Assembly (NCBI GenBank): GCA_002069705.1
Contig: MWBV01000003.1
Location: forward strand, 927-64,926
DNA length: 64,000 nt
From: Candidatus Diapherotrites archaeon ADurb.Bin253
GTDB taxonomy: Archaea > Nanobdellota > Nanobdellia > Pacearchaeales > GW2011-AR1
Direction of reading: 5' to 3'
The notes under the pieces are model-generated. The model saw nothing but the letters and a program-made list of their open reading frames with translations. It ran no database searches and was not told the DNA's origin. Shown here in pieces: positions 63,644 through 64,000 of the stretch (position 1 is its first letter; every line of letters starts with the position of its first letter). A program made the position numbers and the translations under genes.

Positions 63644-64000
63644 TTATCTTCTTAAATATATTCTTTTATCAACTCTTCTCTTGAATTCTCTTCTTATTAA
63701 TACTATTCCAATAATTAAGAAGATTATTCCTATTATTCTAAACCACCAAACTAAGTTGTGCAAGAAAAAGCTTCCAACTATAAATAAAACTCCGAAGAAA
63801 GAGAAAATAACCCTTGCAGTTACTGCTAAAATCATGTATACTAGTCCAACTAAAATTATTATTGGGATAACACTGTATAGAAGATTGTTGTTTATTCCTA
63901 TTTTGTAAAAAAATCCTGGGAAGTCAAGATTTGTTTTACTTAAACCATATACTGACAAAAGAGCAATAGATAAAGAGATTACTCCTAGCGGACCTTTATC
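63644..64000 (-). CDS. Polytopic membrane protein; the 5' end lies outside the window
   Basis: The track gives 63644..63958 with a TTG start, but the frame stays open to nt 64000 (DKGPLGVISLSIALLSVYG...). It has several hydrophobic helices. Confidence 0.45.
   Translation of the reverse strand, partial: DKGPLGVISLSIALLSVYGLSKTNLDFPGFFYKIGINNNLLYSVIPIIILVGLVYMILAVTARVIFSFFGVLFIVGSFFLHNLVWWFRIIGIIFLIIGIVLIRREFKRRVDKRIYLRR

Noticed and set aside
1-64000. CRISPR arrays, rRNA, RNase P/SRP RNA, transposases, prophage or defence islands
   Set aside because: No regularly spaced short repeats, no long GC-rich structured RNA stretches and no recombinase or nuclease-helicase defence signatures were seen. 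The antisense ORFs in the track that overlap the large housekeeping genes (for example inside gatE, mcm, lig, topA and polB) are low-complexity shadows and were not called.

Overview
This is an AT-rich (about one-third G+C by eye, not computed), very gene-dense archaeal chromosomal segment. All family calls come from reading motifs by eye; no database search was run.

Gene content is dominated by information processing:
- Translation: archaeal-type ProRS, AspRS, AsnRS, ValRS, GatD and GatE, aIF1A, aIF2-beta, aRF1, L15e, NAC.
- Transcription: TBP, TFS, RpoL.
- Replication and repair: MCM, PolB, FEN1, ATP-dependent ligase, topoisomerase IA, RadB, an Nre-like protein.
- Cell biology and export: ScpB, FtsZ, MinD, CDC48, Sec61-beta, signal peptidase.
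- tRNA modification: TGT, MnmA, Taw3.
- Oxygen defence typical of anaerobes: a desulfoferrodoxin-rubrerythrin pair.

There are four tRNAs: Arg(UCG) with a canonical 53-nt bulge-helix-bulge intron, Asn(GUU), Ile(GAU) and Lys(CUU). The compact proteins, the absence of metabolic genes and several Cys-rich surface or pilin-like proteins suggest a reduced-genome, DPANN-like anaerobic archaeon (inference).

I found no CRISPR array, integrase, transposase, reverse transcriptase or recognisable defence operon, so I cannot name one clear novel system. The most unusual items are:
1. Two tandem decoy copies of the promoter plus the first 25 nt of tRNA-Ile, directly upstream of the intact gene.
2. A perfect 112-bp tandem repeat (2.6 copies) that reiterates the 3' end of the aRF1 gene and is bracketed by 9-bp inverted repeats.
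3. Three unrelated Cys-rich envelope proteins, one carrying an archaeal type IV pilin signal.
4. Orphan proteins with recognisable catalytic motifs in odd contexts: a tandem-duplicated HExxH protein, a stand-alone GHKL ATPase, and a pentein-like protein.
5. A zinc-ribbon/AbrB gene apparently translationally coupled to CDC48, behind a GC-rich palindrome.
6. A palindromic TATA box equidistant from two divergent start codons, within a window-wide pattern of TATA boxes about 30 nt upstream of the ATG, which implies leaderless mRNAs.
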